A stretch of DNA of 57,668 bases, the filler included, from Catajapyx aquilonaris (lineage: Eukaryota): the NCBI GenBank assembly GCA_000934665.2. It is 2 parts of 2 records of this genome, joined end to end, with 100 filler letters (N's around TTAATTAATTAA, not from the genome) between each part and the next. Parts side by side here need not be neighbours in the genome. Positions count along the whole stretch, not along the records: positions 28,944 to 57,668 come from JYFJ02004879.1; 1 more part is not named here. One strand, written 5' to 3'. The position numbers were made by a program, and so were the translations under genes. Under the pieces are notes generated by a model. It had not been told where the DNA came from, ran no database searches, and was given only the letters and a program-made list of their open reading frames with translations. Of the stretch, positions 55,967-57,668 are shown piece by piece (position 1 is the stretch's first letter; each line of letters starts with the position of its first letter).

Positions 55967-57287
55967 GGGTAAAATTAGGTTGGATGGCAAGTCAGGTTGG
56001 ATGGCAAAGATTTTTGTTAAATTAAAATAGTTAGGAAATCGCGCCTTTCTAAAGTTGCCGTTTATTCATACTGTGGAGCCACCTTCCAGCTGTGTTACAA
56101 AAAATACTTCACTGCCATATATTGTGTGACAACCTAATTATCCGAAGAGGAAGCCATATTGGAAATTTTTTGGCGTCTGCTGGAGAGCGGCCGGACCTCA
56201 CGGTCAAAAACAGATTAATAGTGAGTTAGAAAGTCAGTATTTCATAATTTAATGCATATGAATCCAATTTAGAGAGTTTAAAGAACAATTGTGACTAAAC
56301 ACAGTTTTGAAAAATTCACAATAGCGCTCGTACAGGCCTTAACAAAGTTGGCAAATTTTTAAGGTTGCACCTGTCATGGAGGCACTCATTTTCCAACTTG
56401 GACTTGTGGTCACTAACATTCAAGGTGCCTTCAGAAGAGCGGGTCTGGTCCCACTAAACAGCTTTAAGGCGCGTTCACACTAGCTACGAAACGAACGGAA
56501 CGGTATGACGGAACGAACGGAAGGAGGGGAAAGGTGTTCAGACACAAAAGCGAGTGGCGTGGCTTTAGCCTCCGTATCCCGCAGCGCATGCGCTGTGCAT
56601 GAATTCTCGGGGAGGAAGCCGGATCTCCCTCGGGCTCTCCCTCCCTTCGGACCGGTATCATACCCTTCTCTTCTCCCATCTCCCGAGGCCCGCTCCCCCT
56701 GGGTCTCGACTCCCGACTGATGTCCTTCGTCCTGTCCCCGCCAGAGGCGCTGCCGGCTTTCCCTTTCACTTTCGCTCGCCACACCCCTGCCGCTTTCCTG
56801 GCTCTTCCATTGGTGGATAGGTCCGTAAGCCTACGTATTCCGTATTCCGTCTCCGTCAAAAGTTGATTTCTCCCGTCTTTTCCGTTTCGTAATCCCTTTC
56901 ACTTTTCGTCATCCTCAAGTGGGCTCTGATTGGTCCACTCTTTCGGATCGTTCTTTTCGTATGCTCCCGTCAGCTAGTGTGAACCCCCCTTTAATAGTGA
57001 TTATTATTTCTGATAGACCTAATAAATTGCCATGTAACCTTACACTTTGCCATGCAACCTGATGGGCTTGCCATTCAACCTACTGTTTTGAAAAATCTTA
57101 CTATTTGCAGCTGAAATTTAGAAGTTAATTAACATATAATGTATTGCTTATTTGCTTTCTGTAATTATTTACTTATGGTGAAGGATATTTGAAAAATGAT
57201 ATTGGCCCAAAACTTTGGTTAAAATGGTGAACCTAACCTCGTAAAAAAAATTGCTTGGAAAATTTGCCATCCAACCTTACTTTACCC
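55967..57287. mobile_element. TA-flanked TIR element with subterminal AGGTTGGATGGCAA repeats, hosting a nested MITE
   Basis: TA|GGGTAAAATTAGGTTGGATGGCAA...TTGCCATCCAACCTTACTTTACCC|TA; three more TTGCCATnnAACCT variants at about 57028-57080. Confidence 0.78.
56467..56990. mobile_element. PIF/Harbinger-type MITE with TTA TSD
   Basis: TTA|AGGCGCGTTCACACTAGC...GCTAGTGTGAACCCCCCT|TTA; internal ACGGA/TCCGT repeats. Confidence 0.88.
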
Positions 57288-57332
57288 TACAGCACTTTGT
57301 AAAGTGCAAGACTATTAGCTCATAATAGGTAA

Positions 57333-57572
57333 AGGCGGGTTCACACTAGCTGACGGGAGCATACGAAACGAACGGAACGGTATGACGGGACGAACGGAAA
57401 GAGGTGGGGGGTGTTCAGACACAAAAGCGAGTGGCGTGGCTTTAGCCTCCGTATCCCGCAGCGCATGCGCTGTGCTTGAATTCTCGGGGAGAAAGCCGGA
57501 TCTCCCTCGGGCTCTCCGTCTCTTCGGACTGGTGTCATACCCTTCTCTTCTCCCATCTCCCGAGGCCCGCTC
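57333..57572. mobile_element. Second copy (left part) of the Harbinger-type MITE
   Basis: TAA|AGGCGGGTTCACACTAGC followed by about 240 bp closely matching 56467-56695; it then diverges and may continue past the window end. Confidence 0.85.
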
Positions 57573-57668
57573 GCATATTAACAAACTGTACATGGCTAGA
57601 GAGACAGGCGGCCTGAGCCCCGCCCTCCCTCGCCCCGATTGGTCCTGCGTCTGGCGCGCTTTTAAAAA

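Overview
AT-rich invertebrate (probably arthropod; inferred) nuclear DNA with spliceosomal introns and one 100-bp scaffold gap (28844-28943). It holds two convergent genes. The first is a complete 8-coding-exon CDKL1-type kinase (+, 14743-18901, 353 aa) with a consensus RFX X-box upstream of a probable 5'UTR exon. The second is 9 internal exons of an Epac2/RAPGEF4-type cAMP sensor (-, 55614 down to 30315; CNBD-A, DEP, CNBD-B); I could not find its catalytic 3' half in the window. The remainder is rich in mobile elements: two giant foldback palindromes (1.3 kb with an 8-bp TSD, and 2.6 kb sitting inside a (TAT)n tract that looks like a retroposon tail), Tc1/mariner-, hAT-, Harbinger- and CACTA-like MITEs (some nested), a tRNA-SINE with a 16-bp TSD, a Helentron-like tandem repeat whose hairpin loop is flipped between copies, and a decayed Sola-type transposase. 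I found no clearly new multi-gene system. The best leads are the microsatellite-embedded foldback element, the X-box, the missing Epac 3' half and a possible CNBD-A-less Epac isoform. All family assignments are by eye, without database searches.
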